Virus record (IMG/VR): IMGVR_UViG_3300033072_000033
Location: 7,788 to 71,787 of that record
Length of the DNA stretch: 64,000 nt
Reading direction: 5' to 3' (one strand)
Origin: a virus
Lineage: Duplodnaviria > Caudoviricetes
The position numbers and the translations under genes were made by a program. Positions 1 to 16,661 of the stretch are shown here, one piece after another. Position 1 is the stretch's first letter. Every line of letters begins with the position of its first letter. The notes below the pieces were generated by a model. That model did no database searches, was not told the origin of the DNA, and was given only the letters and a program-made list of their open reading frames with translations.

Positions 1-1
1 T

Positions 2-97
2 GGTCGATATGTCTACGATCTAATCATTAATAGTGGTAATACAGTTACTCGTGTAGTCGAAGGAATTGCAACAGTACTTCCATCAGTGACGAGATAA
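2..97 (+). CDS. 3' end of a baseplate/virion structural protein, truncated by the window edge
   Basis: Hand translation GRYVYDLIINSGNTVTRVVEGIATVLPSVTR-stop; GRYVYD...RVVEG motif recalled from T4-like phage structural proteins. Confidence 0.6.
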   Translation, partial: GRYVYDLIINSGNTVTRVVEGIATVLPSVTR

Positions 98-100
98 TCA

Positions 101-331
101 ATGGCTAATATAGGTAAGGTTGTAGTACGTCCAGTTAATCGTACAACCATTTCGTCACCAAACTTTTCCCCAAGATTGAATGTTGCGATTTCAGATATTC
201 AGGGCGCTAATGTTGAGTTTCGCCGCAATGGTGATGCGCTGATCTATGACTCAGCAACAGGTGAGTATGTATCATCACCACTGACAAATGCTAGTATCGA
301 ACTAAACGAAATTCACGGTGGTAGATTCTAA
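101..331 (+). CDS. Small hypothetical virion protein
   Basis: 76 aa ending IHGGRF; stop overlaps next start; lies in structural block. Confidence 0.6.
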   Translation: MANIGKVVVRPVNRTTISSPNFSPRLNVAISDIQGANVEFRRNGDALIYDSATGEYVSSPLTNASIELNEIHGGRF

Positions 332-3300
332 TGGCGATCTCACAAAATACAGTAATTTTCCTCAAGTACTCTGATGTAACTGATATACCACCATCACTGA
401 ATATTGCAGAACCAGCATACTCAAACGTATCAAATAAGCTGTTCATTAACGACGGTAATAATGTTGTCGCTATTGGTGGTAAATATTATACCCAAGACTT
501 AGAATCCGCGACATGGCAGGGGATATCAAATACACTGATCCGCCGCGACTCTTCTGGTCAAATTGAGGCGACAAAATATTATCAGCAAGGCTTCGATCTC
601 CTAGAACATAGTAACGCAGCATTCAACCTAGCTAATACAGTTTCTGGTGAAGGTATCAGCACAGTATTCAATCAAGCCAATGCAGCATTCGACACAGCCA
701 ATTCTTCATATATCAAAGCCAATGCAGCGTTCAATAAGGCTAATACTGCTGCTGGTGCTAATGGTGCCATACAATTCAATCTACTCGGCGGATATGGTGC
801 CCACAACGAATTTTATTATAATTCTGGATTAAAAACCGTCTATGCTAATACATTCTATGCTTCTTCTAATGTTGATGCACAGAACGTCATCGCTTATAAT
901 AGATTCTATGCTGGTATTGCGACCCAAAAAGCAACACCGGTTCCATATCTTCTAGCACAATTCACAGGCAATACTGCGCCGTATGTTCAAGTCAATCTAC
1001 AGAACATTGATGGTGAAGGTTCTGCTGATATGGTTGTTACGTCTGATGTTGGTGACGATTCAACATTTTATATCACCACAGGTATACAGGGTTCACAACT
1101 AGAACAAGGTGCTTTATATCCACTTGATGGTTATGTAATCGTTCAAGGTAATACGAGTCAACTTGGTGGCAATCTGGTTATTGGTGCCATCTCAGGAACA
1201 CCGGGAATTAAGACTAAGATTGTATCACATGGTTTTGAAACTGATAATGTCGTTGCAGAATTTGATGAAACTGGAATTATATTTTATCCAGAACTCACAT
1301 CCCCAACAACGGCAAGAATCTCGTCTCACGCCAATAGTGCATATGTAAGCCAAAACACAACTGGAGTTTATGCGAATTCAGCATACACCCACGCTAATAG
1401 TTCGTATGAGAGCCAGAATGTATCGGGACAATACGCCAACTCCGCTTATATTCATGCTAATAGTTCGTATGAGAGCCAGAACACAACCGGCGTGTATGCC
1501 AATGCTGCTTATGATATGGCAAACACAGCATATCAATCTGGCGGTGTTACTGCTGGTGGGTATGCAAACTCTGCATACATTCACGCTAATGCCGCATATC
1601 AATCTCAAAACACAACTGGTGTCTACGCGAACACAGCATACCTACACGCAAATAGCTCCTACACTAGTCAAAACACAACCGGCTCTTACGCAAACACAGC
1701 ATTCATTCATGCTAACGCTGCATACATTAGCCAGAATACGACTGGTGAGTATTCCAATGCCGCGTACACTCACGCTAATAGTGCATATTTAAGTCAAAAC
1801 ACAACTGGTGTCTATGTAAATACAGCATTCATTCATGCTAACGCAGCTTATGATAGCCAAAACACCACAGGCTTATACGCTAATAGTGCATATTTAAGTC
1901 AAAACACAACAGGTGTATATGCAAACACAGCATTCATTCATGCTAATGCCGCATATACGAGTCAGAATTCAACCGGAGCATATGCTAATAGCGCATTTGC
2001 CGTAGCCAATACAGCAAATATATATTTCTATGGCGTAAGCAATACACTCAATGTTGCCATAGAGACAACTGGAAATTATGCCAACAATTCATACGCCCAC
2101 GCGAACAGTTCTTATGTAAGTCAGAACACAACCGGCGTATATGCTAATACCGCATACTCCCATGCCAACGCTGCATACATTAGCCAGAATACGACTGGTG
2201 TGTACGCTAATTCCGCATATAGTTTCGCTAACACAGCGAATGCATACTTCTACGGTGTAAGTAACACACTTAATGTCGCAGTAACATCATCTGGTAATTA
2301 TGCTAATTCGACATATACTCATGCGAACGCAGCTTATGCAAGTCAGAACACAACAGGTGTCTACGCTAATGCCGCATATCAATCCCAAAACACAACTGGT
2401 GTCTATGCGAATTCGGCGTACCTTCACGCCAACAATGCTTATATAAGCCAGAACACAACCGGCGTGTATGCCAATGCTGCGTATTCGTTTGCTAACACAG
2501 CGAATGCATACTTCTACGGTGTAAGTAATACAATAAATGTTTCTGTAGTGTCTGTTGGAAATTACTCCAACTCCGCTTATATTCATGCAAACAGTTCATA
2601 TGTAAGCCAGAACACAACAGGTGTCTATGCCAATTCAGCATACACACAAGCCAATGCCGCATACCAATCACAGAACAGTTCTGGTCAGTATGCCAACAGC
2701 GCATACATCCATGCGAACACAGCTTATATAAGTCAAAACACAACAGGTGTCTATGCCAATTCAGCATACACAGCCGCGAATGTAGCAGATCAACGTGCCG
2801 CCACATCAGGTTCATATGCCAACTCAGCATATTCCCATGCCAATAGTTCATATCTAAGCCAAAATAGTTCTGGGCAATATGCCAACTCTGCGTACATTCA
2901 TGCCAATAGTGCTTACGTAAGCCAGAATACAACTGGTGTCTATGCTAATGCTGCTTATGCTCATGCTAACACCAAGTTTGCTTCTGCTGGTGGCACAATT
3001 ACTGGTGATGTCGTCATTAATGCTAACCTAACAGTTTCTGGTGCGACAACATATGTGAATACTCAGACAGTTCTTGTTGGTGATAACATCCTAACATTAA
3101 ATGCCGATATTCCACAATCATCCCAGCCAACAGAAAATGCAGGTATCGAAGTTGATCGCGGCGTACAACCTAATGCACAAATAATCTGGGTTGAATCTGT
3201 TGGTAAGTGGTCGGCTAATAATGGTAACACAACATTCTATATCGGAGCAGATGCCTCAGAATCGTATGCCAACAGTGCGTATATTCATGCCAATAGTGCT

Positions 3301-4119
3301 TACATAAGCCAGAATACAACTGGTGGCTATGCTAATGCCGCATACATAACCGCCAACGTAGCAGACCAACGCGCAGTCACATCAGGGTCATATGCTAACT
3401 CTGCATACACCAGTCAAAACACAACAGGCGTTTATGCGAACACAGCATACATTCATGCTAACAGTTCTTATACCAGTCAGAATACAACTGGTGTCTATGC
3501 TAATGCTGCTTATACATTCGCAAACACATCTAATGTATACTTTTATGGTGTAAGCAATACACTTAATGTTGCGATTACCTCTGCTGGGAAATATGCGAAT
3601 TCGGCGTACATTCATGCCAATAGTGCTTACGTAAGTCAGAACACAACCGGCGTATATGCAAACTCGGCGTACACATTCGCTAATACCGCTAATGCATACT
3701 TCTATGGCGTGAATGATTCTAGCAACACAAAAATCACAACAGCCGGAAATTACGCAAATACCGCATACATTCACGCTAATAGTTCCTATACCAGTCAGAA
3801 TACAACTGGTGTCTATGCGAATGCTGCATACCAATCCCAGAATACAACTGGTGTCTATGCAAACTCGGCATATACACAAGCCAATGCCGCATTCGTTAAA
3901 GCGAACACTGCGGCTGGTTCAGATGGACAAATTCAATTAAATAATTTGGGCGCTTATGGCGCATCTGCAAATCTAACATTTGATGATGCCACAAATACAC
4001 TGACTACTAATAACATTACTGCAACCGCTAATGTTGGGTATGCAAATTCATCTGGAGTATTGAAAGTTTATCAGTTCTATAATCAAGCAACTAATAGTTT
4101 AGATACGATATTCATATAA
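331..4119 (+). CDS. Tail fibre-like protein with long Asn-heptad coiled-coil stalk
   Basis: N-terminal fibre-anchor-like segment (PPSLNIAEPAYSNVSNKLFI..IGGKYY); many VYANSAY/IHANSAY/VSQNTTG heptads; internal GDNILTLNAD..NAGIEVDRG beta module. Confidence 0.8.
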   Translation: MAISQNTVIFLKYSDVTDIPPSLNIAEPAYSNVSNKLFINDGNNVVAIGGKYYTQDLESATWQGISNTLIRRDSSGQIEATKYYQQGFDLLEHSNAAFNLANTVSGEGISTVFNQANAAFDTANSSYIKANAAFNKANTAAGANGAIQFNLLGGYGAHNEFYYNSGLKTVYANTFYASSNVDAQNVIAYNRFYAGIATQKATPVPYLLAQFTGNTAPYVQVNLQNIDGEGSADMVVTSDVGDDSTFYITTGIQGSQLEQGALYPLDGYVIVQGNTSQLGGNLVIGAISGTPGIKTKIVSHGFETDNVVAEFDETGIIFYPELTSPTTARISSHANSAYVSQNTTGVYANSAYTHANSSYESQNVSGQYANSAYIHANSSYESQNTTGVYANAAYDMANTAYQSGGVTAGGYANSAYIHANAAYQSQNTTGVYANTAYLHANSSYTSQNTTGSYANTAFIHANAAYISQNTTGEYSNAAYTHANSAYLSQNTTGVYVNTAFIHANAAYDSQNTTGLYANSAYLSQNTTGVYANTAFIHANAAYTSQNSTGAYANSAFAVANTANIYFYGVSNTLNVAIETTGNYANNSYAHANSSYVSQNTTGVYANTAYSHANAAYISQNTTGVYANSAYSFANTANAYFYGVSNTLNVAVTSSGNYANSTYTHANAAYASQNTTGVYANAAYQSQNTTGVYANSAYLHANNAYISQNTTGVYANAAYSFANTANAYFYGVSNTINVSVVSVGNYSNSAYIHANSSYVSQNTTGVYANSAYTQANAAYQSQNSSGQYANSAYIHANTAYISQNTTGVYANSAYTAANVADQRAATSGSYANSAYSHANSSYLSQNSSGQYANSAYIHANSAYVSQNTTGVYANAAYAHANTKFASAGGTITGDVVINANLTVSGATTYVNTQTVLVGDNILTLNADIPQSSQPTENAGIEVDRGVQPNAQIIWVESVGKWSANNGNTTFYIGADASESYANSAYIHANSAYISQNTTGGYANAAYITANVADQRAVTSGSYANSAYTSQNTTGVYANTAYIHANSSYTSQNTTGVYANAAYTFANTSNVYFYGVSNTLNVAITSAGKYANSAYIHANSAYVSQNTTGVYANSAYTFANTANAYFYGVNDSSNTKITTAGNYANTAYIHANSSYTSQNTTGVYANAAYQSQNTTGVYANSAYTQANAAFVKANTAAGSDGQIQLNNLGAYGASANLTFDDATNTLTTNNITATANVGYANSSGVLKVYQFYNQATNSLDTIFI

Positions 4120-4340
4120 TGGCAACGATCTCTAGATTAAATTCCAATGGGGTATTTTTGACGGGTGTTCCGCTTGATGAGATTTCACAAACCAAAGTTA
4201 GTCAATCGCAGACAAATATTTTTGCAAGGGAATTTGATGAGGTGACGATTAATCCTATGACTAATGGGTTGGCTAGAAGAGAAACTAGTGATGGTAGGTT
4301 GTTGATTGCTGGATATTTTGATGAAACTACAATCCTATAA
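4119..4340 (+). CDS. Small hypothetical protein between fibre genes
   Basis: 73 aa, start overlaps upstream stop (TAATG). Confidence 0.6.
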   Translation: MATISRLNSNGVFLTGVPLDEISQTKVSQSQTNIFAREFDEVTINPMTNGLARRETSDGRLLIAGYFDETTIL

Positions 4341-4345
4341 TTGCT

Positions 4346-4353
4346 CATAAATA
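4346..4353 (+). promoter_or_regulatory. T4-type late promoter variant CATAAATA
   Basis: One mismatch to TATAAATA, intergenic, upstream of the 4393 fibre gene. Confidence 0.55.
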
Positions 4354-4392
4354 TATAAATGTTGGCAATTTCATAGAATAAAAAGACGAAAA

Positions 4393-10019
<5,627 letters not shown>

Positions 10020-10044
10020 GTAAGATATACTAAAGGAGTTTATT

Positions 10045-10617
10045 ATGCGCGGTGAGTGGTGTTATTATAAAAATGCGTTTAGTCCTGAATTTTGCAACTC
10101 AATACTCGAAAATGGGTTAAAGCTGCCAGTTCAGGACGCAACGCTAGGTGTTAACGGTGAAAGTAAACGTGAAGATTATCGCCGGAGTAAGATTCGATTC
10201 ATCCAAAGAGATAATCCAGATTTCCAGCCATTATTTGATGCAATGTGGAAAATGGCAACAGAAGCTAATGATACTTGGTTTGATTTCCATCTATCGCGAA
10301 TTACATATATCCAACTTGCCGAATATGATGAATCCTATCAAGGTGAATATAAAGACCATCACGACGTATTCTGGATGAATGGCGACCCGAAATATCACAG
10401 AAAACTTACTGCGGTGGTCCAGTTATCAGATCCGAACACATATGAAGGTGGTAATTTGGAGTTAAGTAATCCAGCACAAACACCAAATCCAGATGATGTT
10501 CGGGCGCGAGGCACAACATTCTTTTTTCCATCATTCCTAAATCACCGCGCAACACCTGTAACCAAGGGTGTTCGATATAGTCTGGCATGCTGGTTTGAAG
10601 GCCCAAAATGGCGATGA
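10045..10617 (+). CDS. 2OG-Fe(II) oxygenase, prolyl-hydroxylase/PKHD-like
   Basis: H-x-D (HHD), RKLT, YEGGNL, distal H ([14 protein letters not shown]) with the 2OG-binding Arg. Confidence 0.85.
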   Translation: MRGEWCYYKNAFSPEFCNSILENGLKLPVQDATLGVNGESKREDYRRSKIRFIQRDNPDFQPLFDAMWKMATEANDTWFDFHLSRITYIQLAEYDESYQGEYKDHHDVFWMNGDPKYHRKLTAVVQLSDPNTYEGGNLELSNPAQTPNPDDVRARGTTFFFPSFLNHRATPVTKGVRYSLACWFEGPKWR

Positions 10618-11741
10618 GACTACACGTTTTAGGCGTCCCCCATACAGTAAGCTCTAAAGATTTTGTAGCTTGTGCGTTTACTCAAAAAGTTGTTAAGTTC
10701 TGCGACATGATGAAACGCAGGGGCCATACAGTAATTCATTATGGGCATGAAGATTCCCAAGTTAATTGTGATGAGCATGTTACAGTGATCACTAATGAAG
10801 ACTGGACAATCGCATACGGTGATTATAATTGGCGGCAAAACTTCTTCAAATATGACATCAATGATCACGCATATCAAACTTTCTATAAAAATGCAATAAA
10901 AGAAATACAAAAAAGAAAACAACCAAACGACTTTTTATTGCCGTTCTGGGGTAGTCCTATGAAACCAATATGCGATGCTCATAGTGACGTGATTGTTGTT
11001 GAGCCTGGTATTGGTTATGCTGGCGGTCATTTTGCGCGATTTAAAGTATTTGAGTCATATGCAATCTATCACGCATATTGTGGATTGGATTCTGTTGGTA
11101 CATGTAAACAGGATTGGTATGAATGTGTGATACCTAATTATTTTGATCCAGATGATTTCCTATATTCAAAAGATAAAGACGACTTTTTTCTATTTTTGGG
11201 TAGAGTCTATGACGGCAAGGGAATCCAGATCGCAATTCAGGTAACAGAAGCAATTGGTGCGAAATTGGTTATCGCTGGTCAGAATGATGGTAATTTAGTA
11301 TTCCCAAATCATGTTGAGTTTGTCGGTTATGCTGATACAGAAAAGCGTAAACAATTGATGTCAAGAGCTAAAGGGGCTTTCGTTGCAAGTCTGTATAATG
11401 AGCCGTTTGGTGGAGTTCAAATAGAATGCTTATTGTCTGGAACCCCCACGATTACGACAGATTGGGGCGCATTTACAGAAAATAATTTACATGGGATAAC
11501 TGGATATCGATGTAGAACTTTTGAGCAGTTTTGTTGGGCTGCAAAGAATATAGAAAAGATAGATCCTGAAGTATGCCGGTCTTGGGCAATAAATAATTTT
11601 TCATTAGATCGAGTCGCAGAGATGTATGAAGAATATTTCACATCCGTATTAAATATATACGGGAAGAATGGTTGGTATGAACGTAACGATGAACGGCTTA
11701 ATTTGGATTGGCTGAAAAAGGATTATAATGCAAAATTTTAA
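10608..11741 (+). CDS. GT-B (GT4-like) glycosyltransferase
   Basis: [10 protein letters not shown] and [18 protein letters not shown] (E-x7-E) motifs. Confidence 0.85.
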   Translation: MAMRLHVLGVPHTVSSKDFVACAFTQKVVKFCDMMKRRGHTVIHYGHEDSQVNCDEHVTVITNEDWTIAYGDYNWRQNFFKYDINDHAYQTFYKNAIKEIQKRKQPNDFLLPFWGSPMKPICDAHSDVIVVEPGIGYAGGHFARFKVFESYAIYHAYCGLDSVGTCKQDWYECVIPNYFDPDDFLYSKDKDDFFLFLGRVYDGKGIQIAIQVTEAIGAKLVIAGQNDGNLVFPNHVEFVGYADTEKRKQLMSRAKGAFVASLYNEPFGGVQIECLLSGTPTITTDWGAFTENNLHGITGYRCRTFEQFCWAAKNIEKIDPEVCRSWAINNFSLDRVAEMYEEYFTSVLNIYGKNGWYERNDERLNLDWLKKDYNAKF

Positions 11742-12288
11742 ATATGAAATTGATTTTTGGGGTGACTGTACTAACACATTTGGGGAGGATCTGAAGCATT
11801 ACACATATGCGGCGCTAATGGGTATGCAACATGATGGTATGTGGGGGTTTGATGTTGGTAATAAACGAATCCTAGATATTGGTGGTGGTCCATCATCTAT
11901 GTTACTTCAATGCAGGAATTTAAAAGAGGGTAAAGTTTGCGACCCGATAGATTACCCAAATTGGACGAAGGATCGATATAAGACAAAAAATATCGATGTT
12001 CAAGTTATTGGTGGTGAATTAATTAATGAATCTGGTTGGGATGAGGTTTGGATATATAACTGTCTGCAACATGTAGAAGATCCACAAAAAATTATTGAAA
12101 ATGCTAAATCCGCCGCCAAAACTTTGCGGATATTTGAATGGATCAATATCCCAGTGCACGATGGACATCCACACATGCTAACGAAAGAAAGTCTTGAAGC
12201 ATGGATAGGTCAAACTGGCAACACAAATTATATAAATGAGAATGGTTGTATAGGTGAATGTTTTTATGGTGTTTTCAAAATAGCATAA
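11728..12288 (+). CDS. Class I SAM-dependent methyltransferase
   Basis: RILDIGGGP motif I; [16 protein letters not shown]. Confidence 0.75.
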   Translation: MQNFKYEIDFWGDCTNTFGEDLKHYTYAALMGMQHDGMWGFDVGNKRILDIGGGPSSMLLQCRNLKEGKVCDPIDYPNWTKDRYKTKNIDVQVIGGELINESGWDEVWIYNCLQHVEDPQKIIENAKSAAKTLRIFEWINIPVHDGHPHMLTKESLEAWIGQTGNTNYINENGCIGECFYGVFKIA

Positions 12289-12291
12289 ATA
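12284..12291 (+). promoter_or_regulatory. Late promoter variant CATAAATA upstream of gp13
   Basis: One mismatch to TATAAATA at the expected position. Confidence 0.6.
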
Positions 12292-12315
12292 GATAACTAA
12301 CTATTAGGTATACAC

Positions 12316-13269
12316 ATGGCAATCCCTACAACAAGAGCACAATTTACTGATTATTGTCTACGTCGTCTAGGACACCCCGTTATTCAAATTAACGTCGATG
12401 AAGACCAAATACAGGATCGTATTGATGATGCCCTACAATTCTTCTATGACTATCATTTTGATGGTTGTGAGAAGATTTACATGAAGCACCAGATTACACT
12501 TGATGATATTCAGCGCGGTTGGATCTATTGTCCTGAAGCAGTAATCTTCGTGACTCAATTGATGCCATTTAACAACTCGAACTCTTCTACTAATATGTTC
12601 GATTTGCGCTACCAATTAAGACTGCATGATCTTTACGACTTCACATCGGTCTCATATGTGTCTTACGAATTAACCATGCAGCATATCACAACACTGAATA
12701 TGCTGTTCTCTGGATACCCCCAACTACGCTTCAATCGCCACCAAGAGAAATTGTTCTTAGATATTGATTGGACTAGAGATGTTATGGAGGGTGAATATGT
12801 TGTCATCGAATGTTATCGGAAATTAAACCCAGATACTTTCACAGTGGGAGGTACTGCAAATACTTCAAATGCGTCTATTGTTGTCACTGGTACTGGTACT
12901 GTATTCAGCCGTGATATTTTAGTTGGTGATGAAGTGACATTCGGTACAGAAACGCGGAGAGTCGCAGCGATTAAATCTGATACAGTTCTTGAAGTATCTT
13001 CGCCGTTCAGCGCTAATACATCCGATGTTCGTATGACTCGTTCAGGCAACTCTGCTGTTTGGAATGATCGATTCCTGAAACAGTATGCCACAGCTATGAT
13101 TAAAAAGCAATGGGGTGAGAATATTAAAAAATATGGTGGTATTCAGATGGCTGGTGGTGTGGTCTTAAACGGCAAAGAAATCTGGGATGAAGCCACCGAA
13201 GAAATCCGCATGGTTGAACAGGATATGCAGCAATATAATGTTCTTCCATCGGACATGTTTATGGGATAA
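12316..13269 (+). CDS. gp13: Neck protein gp13
   Basis: YCLRRLGHPVIQINVDEDQ..DRIDDALQFF..YHFDG N-terminus; W..RFLKQYATA.IK.QWG.N..GGV.LNG C-terminus. Confidence 0.9.
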   Translation: MAIPTTRAQFTDYCLRRLGHPVIQINVDEDQIQDRIDDALQFFYDYHFDGCEKIYMKHQITLDDIQRGWIYCPEAVIFVTQLMPFNNSNSSTNMFDLRYQLRLHDLYDFTSVSYVSYELTMQHITTLNMLFSGYPQLRFNRHQEKLFLDIDWTRDVMEGEYVVIECYRKLNPDTFTVGGTANTSNASIVVTGTGTVFSRDILVGDEVTFGTETRRVAAIKSDTVLEVSSPFSANTSDVRMTRSGNSAVWNDRFLKQYATAMIKKQWGENIKKYGGIQMAGGVVLNGKEIWDEATEEIRMVEQDMQQYNVLPSDMFMG

Positions 13270-13273
13270 ATTT

Positions 13274-13894
13274 ATGGCATTTGTTTATATTACAACCAAT
13301 TTAATAAATGGTAAAAAGTACTTGGGTAAACATAATGGTACAAAACCGAATTACCTAGGTTCCGGTAAACTATTGAAACATGCCATAGAAAAATATGGTA
13401 AGAAATACTTCAAATTGGAAAAGATATCTGGGGATATATCGGATAAAGACGCTTATGATTTAGAGCGAAAACTATCATTAGAATGGAATATAGTCGAAGA
13501 TGATCAATGGTATAATTTAAGCGTTGGTGGAGATGGTTTCTGTTCTGGTGAATTACACCCATGTTATGGTATACCTAGGTCTGACGAATGCAGAAAAAAG
13601 CTGGCCGAAGCTAATTTGGGTAAAAAACAACCATATGAGCAACGCAAAAAACAAAGTGTTGCAATGAGTGGTAATAATAATCCATATTATGGTGTGAAAG
13701 GTGATAAACACCCAGCTTTCGGTCATAAAAAAAGTGATACATGTAAAAAATCTATAGCCGACAAGAAACGAGGCATTCCAAGATCCCAAGAGACTAAAGA
13801 TAAGATTAGTGCGGCTAGAAAAGGCAGAAATCTCGCTAAAAACCGCGTATACAGAGAAGATGGTTCATATTATTATAACAACGATGGACTATAA
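13274..13894 (+). mobile_element. Free-standing GIY-YIG homing endonuclease with NUMOD3-like repeats
   Basis: FVYITTNLINGKKYLGKH..NYLGSG; HP.YG/NPYYG/HPAFG repeats; ATG at 13274 preferred to the track start. Confidence 0.85.
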
Positions 13895-13897
13895 ATA
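13890..13897 (+). promoter_or_regulatory. Late promoter consensus TATAAATA before gp14
   Basis: Exact consensus, but directly abutting the gp14 ATG, so the transcript would be leaderless or the site incidental. Confidence 0.45.
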
Positions 13898-14794
13898 ATG
13901 TCAACCAACTTCTACTTCAACCAGTATCCATCATCTCAGATCACATCAGAGATGCTTCTGATCGAGGATATTATTATAGAATCAATGCAGATTAACGGTA
14001 TGGATGTATTTTATCTGTCTCGTTCTAGTAGAGATGAACCTGACTATCTGTTTGGTGAAGACACTCTAAAACAATATCGTCACGCATTCCCCATTGAAGC
14101 ATACTTAGAGAACGTCACCGGTATGGATGGCGAAGGTGATTTCATGTCCAAGTTCGGTCTTGAAATCCGAGATGAAATTACACTGCTAATGTCTCGCCGT
14201 AGATTCGCTGCAACAGTCCCACTTCAGAGCCCGCGAGAAGGTGATCTGGTTTATGTTCCACTGCTCAAGAACTTCTTTGAGATTACCTTCGTAGAGCATG
14301 AGAATGATCAAGCCATGTTCTATACTTTAGGCCGTGGTCGTGGTGGTAATGTTTATGTATATGCTCTTAAACTAAAACAATTCTATTTCTCAGAGGAAAT
14401 CATCTCCACTGGTATTGAAGAAATTGATAATCAAGCCTTTGACTGCTATAAGAGAACCCGAATCTCCTTGGCAAATACTGTTGGTACTGGTTCATATCTA
14501 GTTAATGAAGTCGTGTATCAAGGCTCTAGTTTCACAGATTCTACTGCACAAGCTGTTGTATATCGATATGAACCAGGTTCTGCTCTAACAGTGATTCAGA
14601 CCAGAGGTAACTTCACATCAGGACAGCCAATCATCGGCAATACAAGCAACGCCATATTCACTTGTCTGCTTGAAAATACTGATACTCAAGTTGATGATTT
14701 TGTATTTGAAGACATTGTTAATAATGTACAGATCCAGAATGAAGCTGATGACATTATTGACTTCAGCGAATCAAACCCATTTGGCGAACCTTAA
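13898..14794 (+). CDS. gp14: Neck protein gp14
   Basis: EDIIIES.QINGMDVFYL.R, FMSKFGLEIRDE, REGDLVYVPL, FEITFVEHE, SESNPFGEP; synteny. Confidence 0.9.
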   Translation: MSTNFYFNQYPSSQITSEMLLIEDIIIESMQINGMDVFYLSRSSRDEPDYLFGEDTLKQYRHAFPIEAYLENVTGMDGEGDFMSKFGLEIRDEITLLMSRRRFAATVPLQSPREGDLVYVPLLKNFFEITFVEHENDQAMFYTLGRGRGGNVYVYALKLKQFYFSEEIISTGIEEIDNQAFDCYKRTRISLANTVGTGSYLVNEVVYQGSSFTDSTAQAVVYRYEPGSALTVIQTRGNFTSGQPIIGNTSNAIFTCLLENTDTQVDDFVFEDIVNNVQIQNEADDIIDFSESNPFGEP

Positions 14795-15873
14795 TGCTTA
14801 ATCAAAACCACTTTTATAATCGCACCATCCGAAAGATTGTAGTATCTTTTGGTTCGTTATTCAATGATATCGTATTGGTTCGGTATAATAAAGCTGGCAC
14901 AAAAGAATATGAGAGAATGCGAGTACCTTTGATTTATTCGTCAAAGGAAAAGTTCATCACTCGCCTTGAATCAGATCCGACATTAACGAAATCAATCGCC
15001 ACTGCACTTCCAAGAATTAGTTTCGAAATGATCGGGATTAATTACGACTCTGCACGTAAACAGCAGACGATGATGAAGAACGTGAGTGTGAATCCTAATG
15101 GTGGATTTAATACTCAATTCGCACCCATCCCCTACAACTTCGATTTCACAATGTCAATCTTTGTGCGAAATCAAGAAGACGGTACTCAAGTCCTAGAACA
15201 AATCCTACCATTCTTCACACCAGATTTTACGATTACAGTTGATCTAGTACCGGGAATGGATCAGAAATATGACATTCCAATCATTCTTAATTCAGCAACT
15301 CCCGATGTTCAATATGAAGGTGATCTACTAGACACTCGTATTGTTATCTGGACGCTTGAATTCACGGTTAAGGCATTTATATTCCCACCAGTTAAAACAT
15401 CTAATACGATCATTCGTCAAGCTAATACTAACATCTTCATTGACAACCAAGTTAAAGATGCGCAAAAAGTCTATGTGAATATGTCAACGGGCTCTGGTGT
15501 GTTTACGACCAACGAAGTTATTCGGATTGATGGTAAAGATACCAATGGCAAGGTTAGTTATTTTAGTAATAACAGCACTGGTATGTTGGTTGTTGAAAAC
15601 TTAAACGATCTCTTGGTAGAAGGTGATGTTGTCAGGGGTGATTATTCAAACGCGATATATACAGTTGATGCTGTTGATTTAGCGCCGATTAAAGCTGTTG
15701 AAATCATTACGCGACCAGAGCCACTTGATGCAAATCCTGATGACAATTTCGGATATCAAGACACAATCACCGAATGGCCTCAGACACTTATCAATAACAT
15801 TATCAGAAATATCACCACTGAAGATCTGGATGAACTGATAACAGAAGATTATAACTTTATAACAACGGAATAA
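14794..15873 (+). CDS. gp15: Tail sheath stabiliser/terminator gp15
   Basis: FYNRTIRKIVVSFGSLFNDI, LPRISFEM..YDSARK, QVLEQILPFFTPDF. Confidence 0.9.
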   Translation: MLNQNHFYNRTIRKIVVSFGSLFNDIVLVRYNKAGTKEYERMRVPLIYSSKEKFITRLESDPTLTKSIATALPRISFEMIGINYDSARKQQTMMKNVSVNPNGGFNTQFAPIPYNFDFTMSIFVRNQEDGTQVLEQILPFFTPDFTITVDLVPGMDQKYDIPIILNSATPDVQYEGDLLDTRIVIWTLEFTVKAFIFPPVKTSNTIIRQANTNIFIDNQVKDAQKVYVNMSTGSGVFTTNEVIRIDGKDTNGKVSYFSNNSTGMLVVENLNDLLVEGDVVRGDYSNAIYTVDAVDLAPIKAVEIITRPEPLDANPDDNFGYQDTITEWPQTLINNIIRNITTEDLDELITEDYNFITTE

Positions 15874-15876
15874 AAC

Positions 15877-16659
15877 ATGTCAACCGTAAAGATTACAGAA
15901 CTCGTCGATTTAACCATCCCTGCCAATACGCAGAATGTGGTGTTGGTTGCTGTTGATAAATCCACAACCAATCCTGTTACACGCAAAGTCACCATGTCAG
16001 ATGTTGGTAATGTGATTAATCAGGTCGCATTCGCAGCATTCAATCAAGCCAATACAGCACTTGATGCAGCCAATACAGCCCCTTTCGCATATGGTCAAGC
16101 TAATACCGCCACTACTGATGCAGCCAGAGCAGATCAACGCGCAGTAACTTCAGGCGACTATGCCAACTCCGCATTCAGCCTAGCTAACGCAGCATCAATC
16201 TATGTGGAATCCGGTGGTGTCTATGCCAATGGTGCGTATACCAAAGCCAATGTTGCTTCAATTGATGCCCTATCTGCTGGGGATTATGCGAACAGTGCTT
16301 TCTCTGCGGCTAATGGTTCGATGTTACAAGCGCTGACATCAAATCTTACAGCACAATCGGCATACACACTAGCCAACACTGCATGGTATGACGGCAACAA
16401 CGCATTCATTCAAGCCAATACAGCAAACGTTCACGCAGTTTCAGCTTTTAACACAGCTAATCTTGCGGTTGGTTATGCCCTCTCAAGTAACATCAATTCT
16501 TTAATCATCACCGCATCAGCACCAGCAACACCCACAGGAAATACGGGCGATGCGAGTGGTATGGTTTATCTTAGTAACATTGCGTTTTATTATTGTACTG
16601 CTGATTATGACGGGTCTACTAATATTTGGAGTAAGATCGTCTCTACTGACACTTGGTGA
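15877..16659 (+). CDS. Short fibre-like protein with the same Asn-heptad repeats
   Basis: MSTVKITEL start; ADQRAVTSGDYANSAF repeat shared with the 4393 protein. Confidence 0.65.
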   Translation: MSTVKITELVDLTIPANTQNVVLVAVDKSTTNPVTRKVTMSDVGNVINQVAFAAFNQANTALDAANTAPFAYGQANTATTDAARADQRAVTSGDYANSAFSLANAASIYVESGGVYANGAYTKANVASIDALSAGDYANSAFSAANGSMLQALTSNLTAQSAYTLANTAWYDGNNAFIQANTANVHAVSAFNTANLAVGYALSSNINSLIITASAPATPTGNTGDASGMVYLSNIAFYYCTADYDGSTNIWSKIVSTDTW

Positions 16660-16661
16660 TT

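Noticed and set aside
1340-3880. Dense N-x-S/T sequons as N-glycosylation sites
   Set aside because: The Asn residues fit the buried core position of the heptad, and no HMW1C-like N-glycosyltransferase was recognised
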